The translations under genes were made by a program, and so were the position numbers. Under the pieces are notes generated by a model, which was given only the letters and a program-made list of their open reading frames with translations, ran no database searches and was not told the origin of the DNA. Shown here piece after piece: positions 24,638 to 32,000 of a stretch of 32,000 nt of DNA; positions within the stretch are counted from its first letter, which is position 1; each line of letters begins with the position of its first letter. Origin of the DNA: Longivirga aurantiaca (GTDB lineage Bacteria; Actinomycetota; Actinomycetes; S36-B12; CAIYMF01); the NCBI RefSeq assembly GCF_042660085.1, contig NZ_JBHSTI010000008.1, positions 540,001-572,000 on the forward strand. The letters run 5' to 3'.

Positions 24638-24692
24638 CCTGCACCGACGCAATCCCCTGCCTGTGGGGGAAAAGTTCTTGGTCGGTGGACGT
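24528..24692 (+). repeat. same-orientation array of C(T/G)G(T/G)GGAC / GTGGAY motifs
   Basis: CTGTGGAC at 24528 and 24573. CTGGGGAC at 24551 and 24596 (22-23 bp phasing). Further GTGGAC/GTGGAT at 24586, 24610 and 24685. Confidence 0.6.
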
Positions 24693-24810
24693 GTCTGGCC
24701 GGTCACGCAGGCTGCCCTGACGGCCGTGCGATGACGGGCGCGTGAACGACGTACGCCGGGTCGGCGGTGCGCGCGACGCGGTGTCGGCGGGGCGTCGTAC
24801 TGTCGTCGCG

Positions 24811-25539
24811 ATGAGCCAGCACGTGGTCGAGATCCCGGGTCTGCCGCCCGACGTCGAGGTGCGCCGCAGCACCCGGCGGCGGCGCAGCGTCACGGCCTAC
24901 CGCGAGGACGGCCGCACGATCGTGGTCGTGCCGCACCGGATGTCGCGCGCGGACATCAAGCCGTACGTCGAGGAGCTCGTCGGCAAGCTCGTCGCGCGCG
25001 AGAAGAGGTCGGCGCGCTCGGACGACCAGCTCATGGCCCGCGCGCGGCTGCTCTCGCGCCGCCACCTCGACGGCCGCGCCGTGCCCACCTCGGTGCGGTT
25101 CGTCTCCAACCAGAGGAAGCGCTGGGGCTCCTGCACGCCGCTCGACGGCTCGATCCGGCTGTCCGACCGCCTGCACTCGATGCCCGAGCACGTCGTCGAC
25201 TACGTGCTCCTGCACGAGCTCGTGCACCTGCTGGTCTCCGACCACGGCCCCGACTTCGAGGCCTGGATGGCCCGCTACCCGCGGCTCGTCGAGTCGCGCG
25301 CGTTCCTCGCCGGCGTCGACCACGCGACCGGGCTGGGCCTGCGTGCCGAGCCCGACGAGGACGACGCCGCCGACGCCGCCGGCGGTGCGCCGAGCGAGAT
25401 CGACGTCCGTGACCCTGCGGCACCCGCTGCGGCCGCGCCTGCCCCTGCGCCGCGCCGTCGGCGCACCCAGGTCAGCCTCGACACCACCGAGCCGCTCTTT
25501 GACCGCGCCGTCCACCTCCCACCCACCCGCTCATACTGA
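24811..25539 (+). CDS. YgjP-like (DUF45 / M48-related) metallopeptidase
   Basis: RKRWGSCTPLDGSIRLS and an intact HELVHLL zinc motif. ATG at 24811. An alternative GTG exists at 24742. Confidence 0.8.
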   Translation: MSQHVVEIPGLPPDVEVRRSTRRRRSVTAYREDGRTIVVVPHRMSRADIKPYVEELVGKLVAREKRSARSDDQLMARARLLSRRHLDGRAVPTSVRFVSNQRKRWGSCTPLDGSIRLSDRLHSMPEHVVDYVLLHELVHLLVSDHGPDFEAWMARYPRLVESRAFLAGVDHATGLGLRAEPDEDDAADAAGGAPSEIDVRDPAAPAAAAPAPAPRRRRTQVSLDTTEPLFDRAVHLPPTRSY

Positions 25540-25552
25540 TCAACCGTTGCTT

Positions 25553-25591
25553 CCCAGCCGGGAGACGACGGATCGATCAGTCTCAGCTGGG
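25553..25591. terminator. hairpin between the convergent DUF45 and NUDIX genes
   Basis: CCCAGC..GAGAC - loop containing GATCGATC - GTCTC.GCTGGG. Confidence 0.35.
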
Positions 25592-25599
25592 GGGGTGGG

Positions 25600-26133
25600 T
25601 CAGGGGAGGGCGAGGGCTGCGGCGACGAGGCGGCGCAGGGCGTCGTCGGTGAGGTCGGGCAGCGCGTCGACGTCGAACCACGCGAGGTCCAGCGACTCCT
25701 CGCTCATCACGTGGACGGCGTCCCGCGGCGCGACGGCGACGTACTGCACGTCGAGGTGGTCGCTGCCGCCGTGGCAGGTGACGCGGTGCCGGTCGAGGCG
25801 CACCGGGGACGCACCGACGGCAAGACCGGCGATGCCGCTCTCCTCGAGCGCCTCGCGGGCGGCGGCGTCGCGCAGGGTCGCGTCGGCGGGCTCGAGGTGG
25901 CCGCCCATCTGCAGCCAGAGCCCGACCTTCGGGTGCAGCGTGAGCAGCACGCGGGTGCGGTCGGGCGAGATCACGAGCGCGGACGCCGTGATGTGCCCGG
26001 GCACGCACGCGCGGAAGACCGCGTCGTCGTGCTCGTCGACGAAGGCCACGTAGCGGTCGCGCAGCGCCGCCTGGGCGTCGTCCGGCGCCGCCCAGCCCGT
26101 GAGCACGGACCGGACGTCGGCCTGCAGGCTCAC
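25600..26133 (-). CDS. NUDIX hydrolase
   Basis: Nudix box GGHLEPADATLRDAAAREALEESGI. The GTG start at 26133 overlaps the upstream stop (GTGA). Confidence 0.85.
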   Translation of the reverse strand: MSLQADVRSVLTGWAAPDDAQAALRDRYVAFVDEHDDAVFRACVPGHITASALVISPDRTRVLLTLHPKVGLWLQMGGHLEPADATLRDAAAREALEESGIAGLAVGASPVRLDRHRVTCHGGSDHLDVQYVAVAPRDAVHVMSEESLDLAWFDVDALPDLTDDALRRLVAAALALP

Positions 26134-27494
26134 GCCGGAGGAGCGGCGTCGTCGCCGGACTGCGGGTCGTCGACCGAGGGCAGCTCGTCGAGGCCGGACA
26201 GGTCGAGCGGCTTGCTGCGCTCGACGAAGGCCTCGATCGCCTCGTCGCCGTCGAGGTCCTCGGCGTGCGGGAGCAGGTCGGGGTGGCCCCAGAGGTCGTC
26301 GCGGCCCTCGGCGCCGCGCGCCTCGTGCACGGCCGCCCAGAGCTGGGCGGCCTCGCGCAGACGCCGCGGCCGCATCTCGAGGCCGACCAGGGTCTCGAAC
26401 GTGCGCTCGGCCGGGCCGCCCGTGGCGCGACGGCGACGCATCGCCTCGCGCAGCCGGTCGGCCGACGGCAGGCGCGCGCCGGCGGCCTCGGACACGACGA
26501 TGTCGACCCAGCCCTCGACGAGCGCGAGCAGCGTCTCGAGCCGCGCGAGCGCGGCCTTCTGCTCCGGGGTGTCCTCGGGCACGAACACGCCGGACGCGAT
26601 CGCCTCCTGAAGGCTCTCGGGGTTCGAGGGGTCGACGCCGCGCGCGGCCTCCTCGATCTTCGACTGGTCGATGTGGATGCCGGTGGCGTACGCCTCGACC
26701 GCGGCGGTCATCTGCGAGCGCAGCCACGGCACGTGCGCGAAGAGCCGCTGGGCGGCCGACTCGCGCAGGGCGACGTACAGGCGCACCTCGTCCGCGGGGA
26801 CGCCGAGGCCCTCGCCGAACGCCGCGACGTTGCGCGGCAGCAGGAACGAGCGGCCGTCGTCGGTGAGCGGGATGCCGACATCGGCCGCGCCGAGCACCTC
26901 GCCGGACAGCGTGCCGATGGCCTGGCCCAGCTGCGAGCCGAACATGTACGCGCCCATCTGCTTGGCCATGCCCATGAGCGGGCCGGCCATCTGGGCGAGC
27001 TCGGGCGGGAGCCCCTCGGGCAGGCCCGACTGCGGCAGCATCGCCTGCATCGACTCGTTGGCGCGTGCGGCCACCGGCTCGACGATGCGCCGCCACGACG
27101 GCAGCGTGGACTCGATCCACTCGCTGCGGCTCCAGGCGCCGCCGCCGGACGACGTGGCCGGGAACGAGGTGACGGGGTCGAGCCACAGCGAGGCGAGGTC
27201 GAGCGCCTGCTCGACCTCGCGGCGCTCGGTGGCGTTGACCGAGGGGTCGCCCTCGGCCATCACGAGCTGGCGGGCGCCGTCACGGGCGAGCTCCCAGTTG
27301 ACCGGGCCAGCGTCCGGGCCGCCGCCCTGCGACATCATCCGGCCGAGCTGCTGGAGCGCCTCGCCGAGCTGGCTCATGTCGAAGCCGCCGGGGCCGCCGG
27401 CACCGAAGCCGAGCGGACCGGAGCCTCCGCTGCCGCCGTCGCGCCCGTCGTCGTCACCGGGCGGGGTGAAGCCGAAAGGCAGGTTGCCGCTCAT
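26130..27494 (-). CDS. zincin-like (DUF2342 family) protein lacking the HExxH motif
   Basis: Start MSGNLPFGF with a Gly-rich N-terminus. PVNWELARDGA and WLDPVT regions are typical of the family. The position of HExxH reads RESAA (26751-26765). Confidence 0.75.
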   Translation of the reverse strand: MSGNLPFGFTPPGDDDGRDGGSGGSGPLGFGAGGPGGFDMSQLGEALQQLGRMMSQGGGPDAGPVNWELARDGARQLVMAEGDPSVNATERREVEQALDLASLWLDPVTSFPATSSGGGAWSRSEWIESTLPSWRRIVEPVAARANESMQAMLPQSGLPEGLPPELAQMAGPLMGMAKQMGAYMFGSQLGQAIGTLSGEVLGAADVGIPLTDDGRSFLLPRNVAAFGEGLGVPADEVRLYVALRESAAQRLFAHVPWLRSQMTAAVEAYATGIHIDQSKIEEAARGVDPSNPESLQEAIASGVFVPEDTPEQKAALARLETLLALVEGWVDIVVSEAAGARLPSADRLREAMRRRRATGGPAERTFETLVGLEMRPRRLREAAQLWAAVHEARGAEGRDDLWGHPDLLPHAEDLDGDEAIEAFVERSKPLDLSGLDELPSVDDPQSGDDAAPPA

Positions 27495-27548
27495 CGGGCT
27501 GCTCCTGCCGGGACGCGCTGGGGCAGGATGGGGGTCGGCGAGGCGTTC

Positions 27549-28706
27549 ATGCCGACCACGGTAACTTCGAGGGGGAGACCGGTGACTGCTGCGCAGGGCA
27601 ACGGCCCTACGCCTTCCGCGAACGGGCGGAAGAGTTCCCGCTCGCGCAAGGTGGGCCGCGCGGTCGCCGTCACGGGCGCCGCGGGCGCCATCGGCACCGT
27701 GCTGCTGCGGGCGCTGGCCGATGCCCCCGAGGTCGGCAAGGTGCTCGCGTACGACGTGCGGCGCGGAGCGTCCGAGGGCGTCCTGTGGCGCGTCGGCGAC
27801 GTACGCGACCCGGTGCTGGCCCAGCGGCTCGCCGGCATGGACTCCGTGATCCACCTCGCGGTCGACTGGTCGCTCGACGCCGCGCCCTCGGCGCGGTCGG
27901 CGCTCAACGTGCGCGGCACGCAGACCGTGGTCACGGCCGCCGCTGCGGCGGGCGTGAAGCGGGTGGTGATCGTGACGAGCGCGTCGGTGTACGGCGCCCT
28001 GCCCGACAACGCCGTCCCCCTCGCCGAGGACGCGCCGCTGCTGGCAGTGCCCGAGGGGATCGTGGCCGACCTGCTCGAGATGGAGCGCGTGGCCGAGGAC
28101 GCCCGGCGCGTGCACCCCGGTCTCGAGGTGGTCGTCGTACGGCCGGCGGCCCTCGTAGGGCCCGGCGTCGACACTCTGGTGACGCGGCACTTCTCGGCGC
28201 CCCGGCTGCTGTCGATCAAGGACACCTCGCCGGCGTGGCAGTTCTGCCACGTGGAGGACCTCGCCTCGGCGCTCGTGGTCGCAGCCGTGGCCGACGTGCC
28301 GCCGGTCCTCACCGCGGGCAGCGACGGCTACCTCGACCAGCGCCGCATCGAGGAGATCTCGGGCATGAAGCGGGTCGAGGTGCCTGCCGCGCTCGCGCTG
28401 GCCACGGCCGAGCGGCTGCACCGGGTCGGCGTCACGCCCGCCCCGGCGAGCGAGCTCGCGTACGCGATGCACCCGCTGGTCGTCTCGAGCGCGGGGCTGC
28501 GTGCTCTCGGCTGGCGCCCCACGCACACGAACGAGGCCAACCTCGAGGCCGTGCTCGCCGAGGTGCGCGGGGCCACCGCCATCGCCGGACGGCGGATCGG
28601 CAAGCGCGACGCCGCCGTCGCGGGAGCGTCCGCGGCGGGCGCCACGGTCGCGGTGCTCGGTGCTGCGGCCTTCGTGCGCGCCGCCCGCCGTGCTCGCGGC
28701 CGCTGA
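27549..28706 (+). CDS. NAD-dependent epimerase/dehydratase (extended SDR) with C-terminal hydrophobic tail
   Basis: Rossmann motif VTGAAGAIG. The start is uncertain: ATG 27549, GTG 27582 or GTG 27651. GC3 before 27651 is only about 77%, so 27651 may be the true start. Confidence 0.75.
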   Translation: MPTTVTSRGRPVTAAQGNGPTPSANGRKSSRSRKVGRAVAVTGAAGAIGTVLLRALADAPEVGKVLAYDVRRGASEGVLWRVGDVRDPVLAQRLAGMDSVIHLAVDWSLDAAPSARSALNVRGTQTVVTAAAAAGVKRVVIVTSASVYGALPDNAVPLAEDAPLLAVPEGIVADLLEMERVAEDARRVHPGLEVVVVRPAALVGPGVDTLVTRHFSAPRLLSIKDTSPAWQFCHVEDLASALVVAAVADVPPVLTAGSDGYLDQRRIEEISGMKRVEVPAALALATAERLHRVGVTPAPASELAYAMHPLVVSSAGLRALGWRPTHTNEANLEAVLAEVRGATAIAGRRIGKRDAAVAGASAAGATVAVLGAAAFVRAARRARGR

Positions 28707-28783
28707 CCCTCTCGCGTGCTCAGCGGGCCCGAGCGGGTGGTGGCCGACGCGGGCGGTCCGGGGGGCGACGTAGGCTTACCCGC

Positions 28784-29017
28784 ATGGAGGTCCTCGGCTG
28801 GCTGCTGATCCCGCTCGCGGGTCTGCTGATCGGCGTCGTCTGGATGATCTGGCGCAGCCGCGACCCCAAGCCCGTCGACGCCCACCAGGGCATGGACGAC
28901 CTCGCCCGCTTCCGGCAGGCGATGGAGAAGCCGATGCCGCCGCTGCGGCGCGACGCGAACGGCGCCCCCGTCGCCGCCGACGACCTGCCGCCGACGGCTG
29001 ACGGCACCTCGCGGTGA
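28784..29017 (+). CDS. 77-aa single-pass membrane protein
   Basis: MEVLGWLLIPLAGLLIGVVWMIW TM helix. About 97% GC3. Its stop overlaps the next gene's start (GTGA). Confidence 0.65.
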   Translation: MEVLGWLLIPLAGLLIGVVWMIWRSRDPKPVDAHQGMDDLARFRQAMEKPMPPLRRDANGAPVAADDLPPTADGTSR

Positions 29018-30078
29018 ACCTCGCGCGCCGGCAGACGGCGTGGCGGGCAGGGGCCGTGGTCCTCGCGGTCGCTCTGTCCCTCGTCGTGGCCTTCGTGCCG
29101 ATGCCGTACCTCGAGCTGTCGCCGGGGCCGACGTACAACACCATCGGCGAGGTCGACGGCACGCCGCTCATCGAGATCTCCGGCACCCGGACCTATCCCA
29201 CGTCGGGGCACCTCGACCTCACCACGGTGAGCGAGCGCGGCGGGCCCGAGAGCGGTGTGCTCACGATGCGCCTGCTCACGGGCTGGGCCGACCCCGACAC
29301 CAAGGTGCTGCCGCGCGAGGTCTTCTACCCGGACGACCTCGGCGACATCGACGTCGGCGCAGAGAACGAGCGCGCCTTCTCCGACAGCACAGCGCTCGCG
29401 ATCGCCGCTGCGCTCAACCACCTCGACCTGCCCGTGCGCGAGGTGACGATCGTGGCCTCGGTGATCACGGGGTCGCCGTCCGACGGGAAGCTCGAGCCGG
29501 GCGACGAGATCGTGTCGGTCGACGGCGCGAGGGTCTCCGAGCCCGTCGACGTCACCGCGGCGATGACCGGCGTCACCCCCGGCGACACGGTGACCGTCAT
29601 CGTGAGGCGCGGGGCGGACGAGAAGACCGAGGACGTCGACGTGGTGACCGGGACCAACCCGCAGGACTCCTCGCGGGCGTTCCTCGGCATCTCGATCGGC
29701 ATCACCTACCAGGCGACGTTCGACATCGACATCACGCTCGATAGCGTCGGCGGCCCGAGCGCGGGCCTCATGCTCAGCCTCGGCATCGTCGACCTCCTGA
29801 CGCCGGGCTCGCTCGTCGACGGACGGTTCGTCGCCGGCACCGGCACGATCGAGCCCGACGGCACCGTGGGCCCGATCGGTGGGATCGCGCAGAAGCTGGC
29901 CGGTGCGCGTGACTCGGGCGCGACGTTCTTCCTCGTACCGGCCGACAACTGCGCCGAGGCCCTGGCGGCCGGTGTGCCGAGCGGCCTGACGATCGCGAGG
30001 GTCGCGACCCTCGACGAGGCCGTCGCGCAGGTCGACGCCTACCGCGAGGGCACCCCCCTCACGCCCTGCACGCCCTGA
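29014..30078 (+). CDS. membrane-anchored PDZ + Lon-like (S16) serine protease
   Basis: N-terminal TM, PDZ segment (GDEIVSVDG), Lon catalytic region VGGPSAGLML and GGIAQKLAGA (Ser-Lys dyad present). Confidence 0.85.
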   Translation: MNLARRQTAWRAGAVVLAVALSLVVAFVPMPYLELSPGPTYNTIGEVDGTPLIEISGTRTYPTSGHLDLTTVSERGGPESGVLTMRLLTGWADPDTKVLPREVFYPDDLGDIDVGAENERAFSDSTALAIAAALNHLDLPVREVTIVASVITGSPSDGKLEPGDEIVSVDGARVSEPVDVTAAMTGVTPGDTVTVIVRRGADEKTEDVDVVTGTNPQDSSRAFLGISIGITYQATFDIDITLDSVGGPSAGLMLSLGIVDLLTPGSLVDGRFVAGTGTIEPDGTVGPIGGIAQKLAGARDSGATFFLVPADNCAEALAAGVPSGLTIARVATLDEAVAQVDAYREGTPLTPCTP

Positions 30079-30096
30079 GGCGGCGCGGGCGGCCGC

Positions 30097-30708
30097 TCAG
30101 CGGAAGGTGGCGAGGAGGGCGTCGGCGAGACGGGGCACGAGCTGCTCGCCGACGAGCACCTGGTCGTCGGCGTCGTGCGACCGCAGCCGCAGCGCGCACA
30201 TCCGCCCGCCCCCGCGCGTGACGACGACGGCCATCCGCACGTCCTGGCGCTCGGGGTGCTCGGCCACGACCGAGGCCAGCCCGGCCTGGTCGTCCGGCAG
30301 CGAGTCCTCGGCGGACGGCGGCAGCATGACGCGCTCGAGCACGAGGGCGGCCCCCTGCACCTCGTCGGGCCACGCGGTCGTGGCGAGCACCTCGTCGAGC
30401 GGCTTGCTGTGGTCGAGGTGGTCCTGCTCGATGGGGGTGAGCGACGTCGGGTCCGCCGCCGCCTCGCCGAGCGCGGAGGCCAGGGCGGGCTCGAGCGCCA
30501 CGAGCTCGCTGGTGCGGGCGAGCGCGAAGATGCGCGGGTTCTGGTCCCACCCGAGGTCGGCCACGTGCTTCTCGATCTCCCGCACGAGCTCCACCAGCCG
30601 CATCGCCGCGGCGGCGGCCGCCAGCGCCTCGGGGTCGGCGGGGACGCCGGGAACCGTCACGGTCGCCTGATCGTCGTCGGGGAGGGGGGAGTGGTCGTCG
30701 CTCGTCAC
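30097..30708 (-). CDS. conserved actinobacterial hypothetical protein (PPA1309-like)
   Basis: Coding-type GC3 and an acidic protein. The family name is from memory only. The start is GTG 30708 or 30744. Confidence 0.6.
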   Translation of the reverse strand: MTSDDHSPLPDDDQATVTVPGVPADPEALAAAAAAMRLVELVREIEKHVADLGWDQNPRIFALARTSELVALEPALASALGEAAADPTSLTPIEQDHLDHSKPLDEVLATTAWPDEVQGAALVLERVMLPPSAEDSLPDDQAGLASVVAEHPERQDVRMAVVVTRGGGRMCALRLRSHDADDQVLVGEQLVPRLADALLATFR

Positions 30709-30748
30709 GCCGCGATTGTGCCCCCTCCACCCGATCAGACCCACCTCC

Positions 30749-30776
30749 GGTCCGCCGACGTCGTACGTCGCGGACC
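30749..30776. promoter_or_regulatory. palindrome in a divergent promoter region
   Basis: GGTCCGC-c-GACG-tcgta-CGTC-GCGGACC, between the PPA1309-like and UPF0182 genes. Confidence 0.3.
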
Positions 30777-30820
30777 CTCACGGAAGGCCACGTGATGAGC
30801 CGCCACGTAGGGTGCGACTC

Positions 30821-32000
30821 GTGAGCTACGAGAATCCCCCTGGTGACGGCGGCCGCGGTCCGCGCCTCGTCGTCGCCGAGCCCGCAGGCCGGCGCAGCCG
30901 CACCCTGATCACCACCCTCGTGATCCTGGGGGTGCTGCTCCTGGCGTTCGTCATCCTGACGGGCTTCTGGACCGACCTCCTGTGGTACCAGTCGGTGGAC
31001 GCCCAGAGCGTCTTCTCGACCACGCTCATGACGCGCGTGGGGCTCCTGATCGTGTTCGGCCTGCTCATGGCGGCGATCGTCGGGCTCAACATGTGGCTGG
31101 CGTACCGCTTCCGGCCGGTGTTCCCGACCATGTCGCCGGAGCAGGCGAGCCTCGAGCGCTACCGCCAGGCCCTCGCTCCCGTACGCCGGTTCCTCTTCAT
31201 CGCGGTGCCGGGGTTCCTCGGCCTGCTCGCCGGCGTCAGCGCGTCGGCGGAGTGGCAGACCTGGCTCGAGTGGCGCAACGCGACCGACTTCGGCCAGACC
31301 GACCCGCAGTTCGGCCTCGACATCTCGTTCTACGTCTTCACGCTGCCGTTCCTGCGGTTCGTGCTCGGATTCCTGACCGCGGCGATCGTGCTCGCGTTCC
31401 TCGCGTCGCTCGTCGTGCACTACCTCTACAGCGGCATCAGGCTGCAGCCGGCGGACGACCGCTTCAGCCGCGCCGCACAGGTGCACCTCGGGATCCTGGC
31501 CGGCGTGTTCGTGCTGCTGCGCGGCGTGGGCTTCTGGCTCGACCGGTACGAGCTCTCCCTCTCGACCGACGACTTCGTGCCCGGCATCACCTACAAGGAT
31601 GTCAACGCGCTCCTGCCGGGGCTCACGATCCTCGCGATCATCTCGGTGGTCTGCGCGCTCCTGTTCTTCGCCAGCGCGTTCCGGGACGGGTTCACGCTCG
31701 CCGTCACCGGCTTCGTGCTGCTGCTCGGCTCGTCGATCATCATCGGCTCGGTCTACCCGGCGTTCGTGCAGAACTTCCAGGTGAAGCCGACCGAGCTCGA
31801 CCGCGAGCGGCCGTACATCCAGCGCAACATCGACGCCACGAGGGCTTCGTACGGCCTCGACAAGGTGGTCGTGACGCCCTACGCGGCGACCGACGCCCCT
31901 AGCGAGGCTGCCATCGAGGCGAGCAAGGGCACGATCGACAACATCCGCCTGCTCGACCCGGCCATCGTGTCGCCGACGTTCAACAAGCTGCAGGGCATCC
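30821..32000 (+). CDS. UPF0182-family large polytopic membrane protein (5' part, runs off the window)
   Basis: My translation from the GTG at 30821 is VSYENPPGDGG...LITTLVILGVLLLAFVILTGFWTDLLWYQSV...FGLDISFYVFTLPFL. The frame stays open to the window end. It is not listed in the ORF track. Confidence 0.8.
   Translation, partial: MSYENPPGDGGRGPRLVVAEPAGRRSRTLITTLVILGVLLLAFVILTGFWTDLLWYQSVDAQSVFSTTLMTRVGLLIVFGLLMAAIVGLNMWLAYRFRPVFPTMSPEQASLERYRQALAPVRRFLFIAVPGFLGLLAGVSASAEWQTWLEWRNATDFGQTDPQFGLDISFYVFTLPFLRFVLGFLTAAIVLAFLASLVVHYLYSGIRLQPADDRFSRAAQVHLGILAGVFVLLRGVGFWLDRYELSLSTDDFVPGITYKDVNALLPGLTILAIISVVCALLFFASAFRDGFTLAVTGFVLLLGSSIIIGSVYPAFVQNFQVKPTELDRERPYIQRNIDATRASYGLDKVVVTPYAATDAPSEAAIEASKGTIDNIRLLDPAIVSPTFNKLQGI

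Noticed and set aside
24528-24692. The DnaA-box-like cluster considered as a replication origin.
   Set aside because: There is no dnaA, dnaN, rpmH, parAB or gidB context. There is no AT-rich unwinding element. Most boxes are only 6-7/9 matches. At most it is a secondary binding or titration site, and that is reported as a hypothesis only.
24271-24720. A 149-aa plus-strand ORF spanning the ubiA 5' end and the intergenic gap.
   Set aside because: Its first half overlaps ubiA on the opposite strand and has low GC3 with many T- and A-ending codons. There are no motifs. Only the repeat region is discussed, as a finding.
24586-24720. A 44-codon frame VDEPGDGAVDDHDTPGLTCTDAIPCLWGKSSWSV..., which looks like an acidic leader plus a Cys/Trp core. 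It was considered as a RiPP precursor next to the UbiA prenyltransferase, with the E1-like protein 4 kb away.
   Set aside because: There is no SD and GC3 is only about 80%. It overlaps the other candidate frame. No cyclodehydratase, lanthionine synthetase or peptidase is adjacent, and the E1-like gene belongs to a different, conserved operon. The idea is pure speculation.
1-32000. A scan for tRNA/rRNA genes, CRISPR arrays, transposase or integrase genes, and terminal inverted repeats.
   Set aside because: No cloverleaf-compatible sequence, no regularly spaced repeats with unique spacers and no recombinase-like ORF was recognised by eye. A tRNAscan, Infernal or ISfinder run would be needed to be definitive.

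Overview
High-GC (about 70%+) actinobacterial chromosomal DNA. It is densely coding, and I found no rRNA, tRNA, CRISPR array or mobile element. Because of the GC content, most long ORFs in the six-frame track are antisense or off-frame artefacts. I chose frames by protein motifs, third-position GC (hand counts), Shine-Dalgarno sequences and start/stop overlaps. Contents by region: (1) 0.1-1.4 kb holds a membrane-anchored alpha/beta hydrolase. (2) 1.5-10.3 kb is a complete N-acetylglucosamine/chitobiose locus: nagA, then a ROK regulator, a sugar ABC binding protein, two permeases, a GH3 NagZ-type hexosaminidase, a ROK kinase and nagB. The last seven are tightly coupled and sit behind an AT-rich perfect palindromic operator. 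(3) 10.4-14.3 kb is the conserved actinobacterial mycoredoxin / uvrD2 / whiB7 neighbourhood. It includes a whiB7 leader with a uORF and a terminator/antiterminator, plus a previously unlisted ORF coupled to whiB7 by an ATGA overlap. (4) 14.4-19.0 kb looks accessory: an alkaline-phosphatase-superfamily phosphodiesterase whose motif order looks circularly permuted, a Zn-ribbon miniprotein, and AraC + PhyH dioxygenase + EamA exporter. (5) 19.1-21.4 kb holds an ABC1/UbiB kinase coupled to an E1/ThiF-like protein with a degenerate nucleotide loop. (6) 21.6-32 kb holds an M20 peptidase, a 52-aa Zn-ribbon protein absent from the ORF track, and a UbiA prenyltransferase. Next comes a 360-470 nt non-coding gap with an oriented GTGGAC / DnaA-box-like repeat array and an SD-preceded small ORF. 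After the gap are a DUF45 metallopeptidase, NUDIX coupled to a zincin-like protein lacking HExxH, an SDR epimerase, a small TM protein coupled to a PDZ/Lon-like protease, a PPA1309-like protein and a 5' partial UPF0182 membrane protein. Nothing here is an obvious new defence or mobile system. The items most worth follow-up are the whiB7 leader and its coupled ORF, the 24.4-24.8 kb repeat region, the permuted phosphodiesterase and the two degenerate-enzyme gene pairs.
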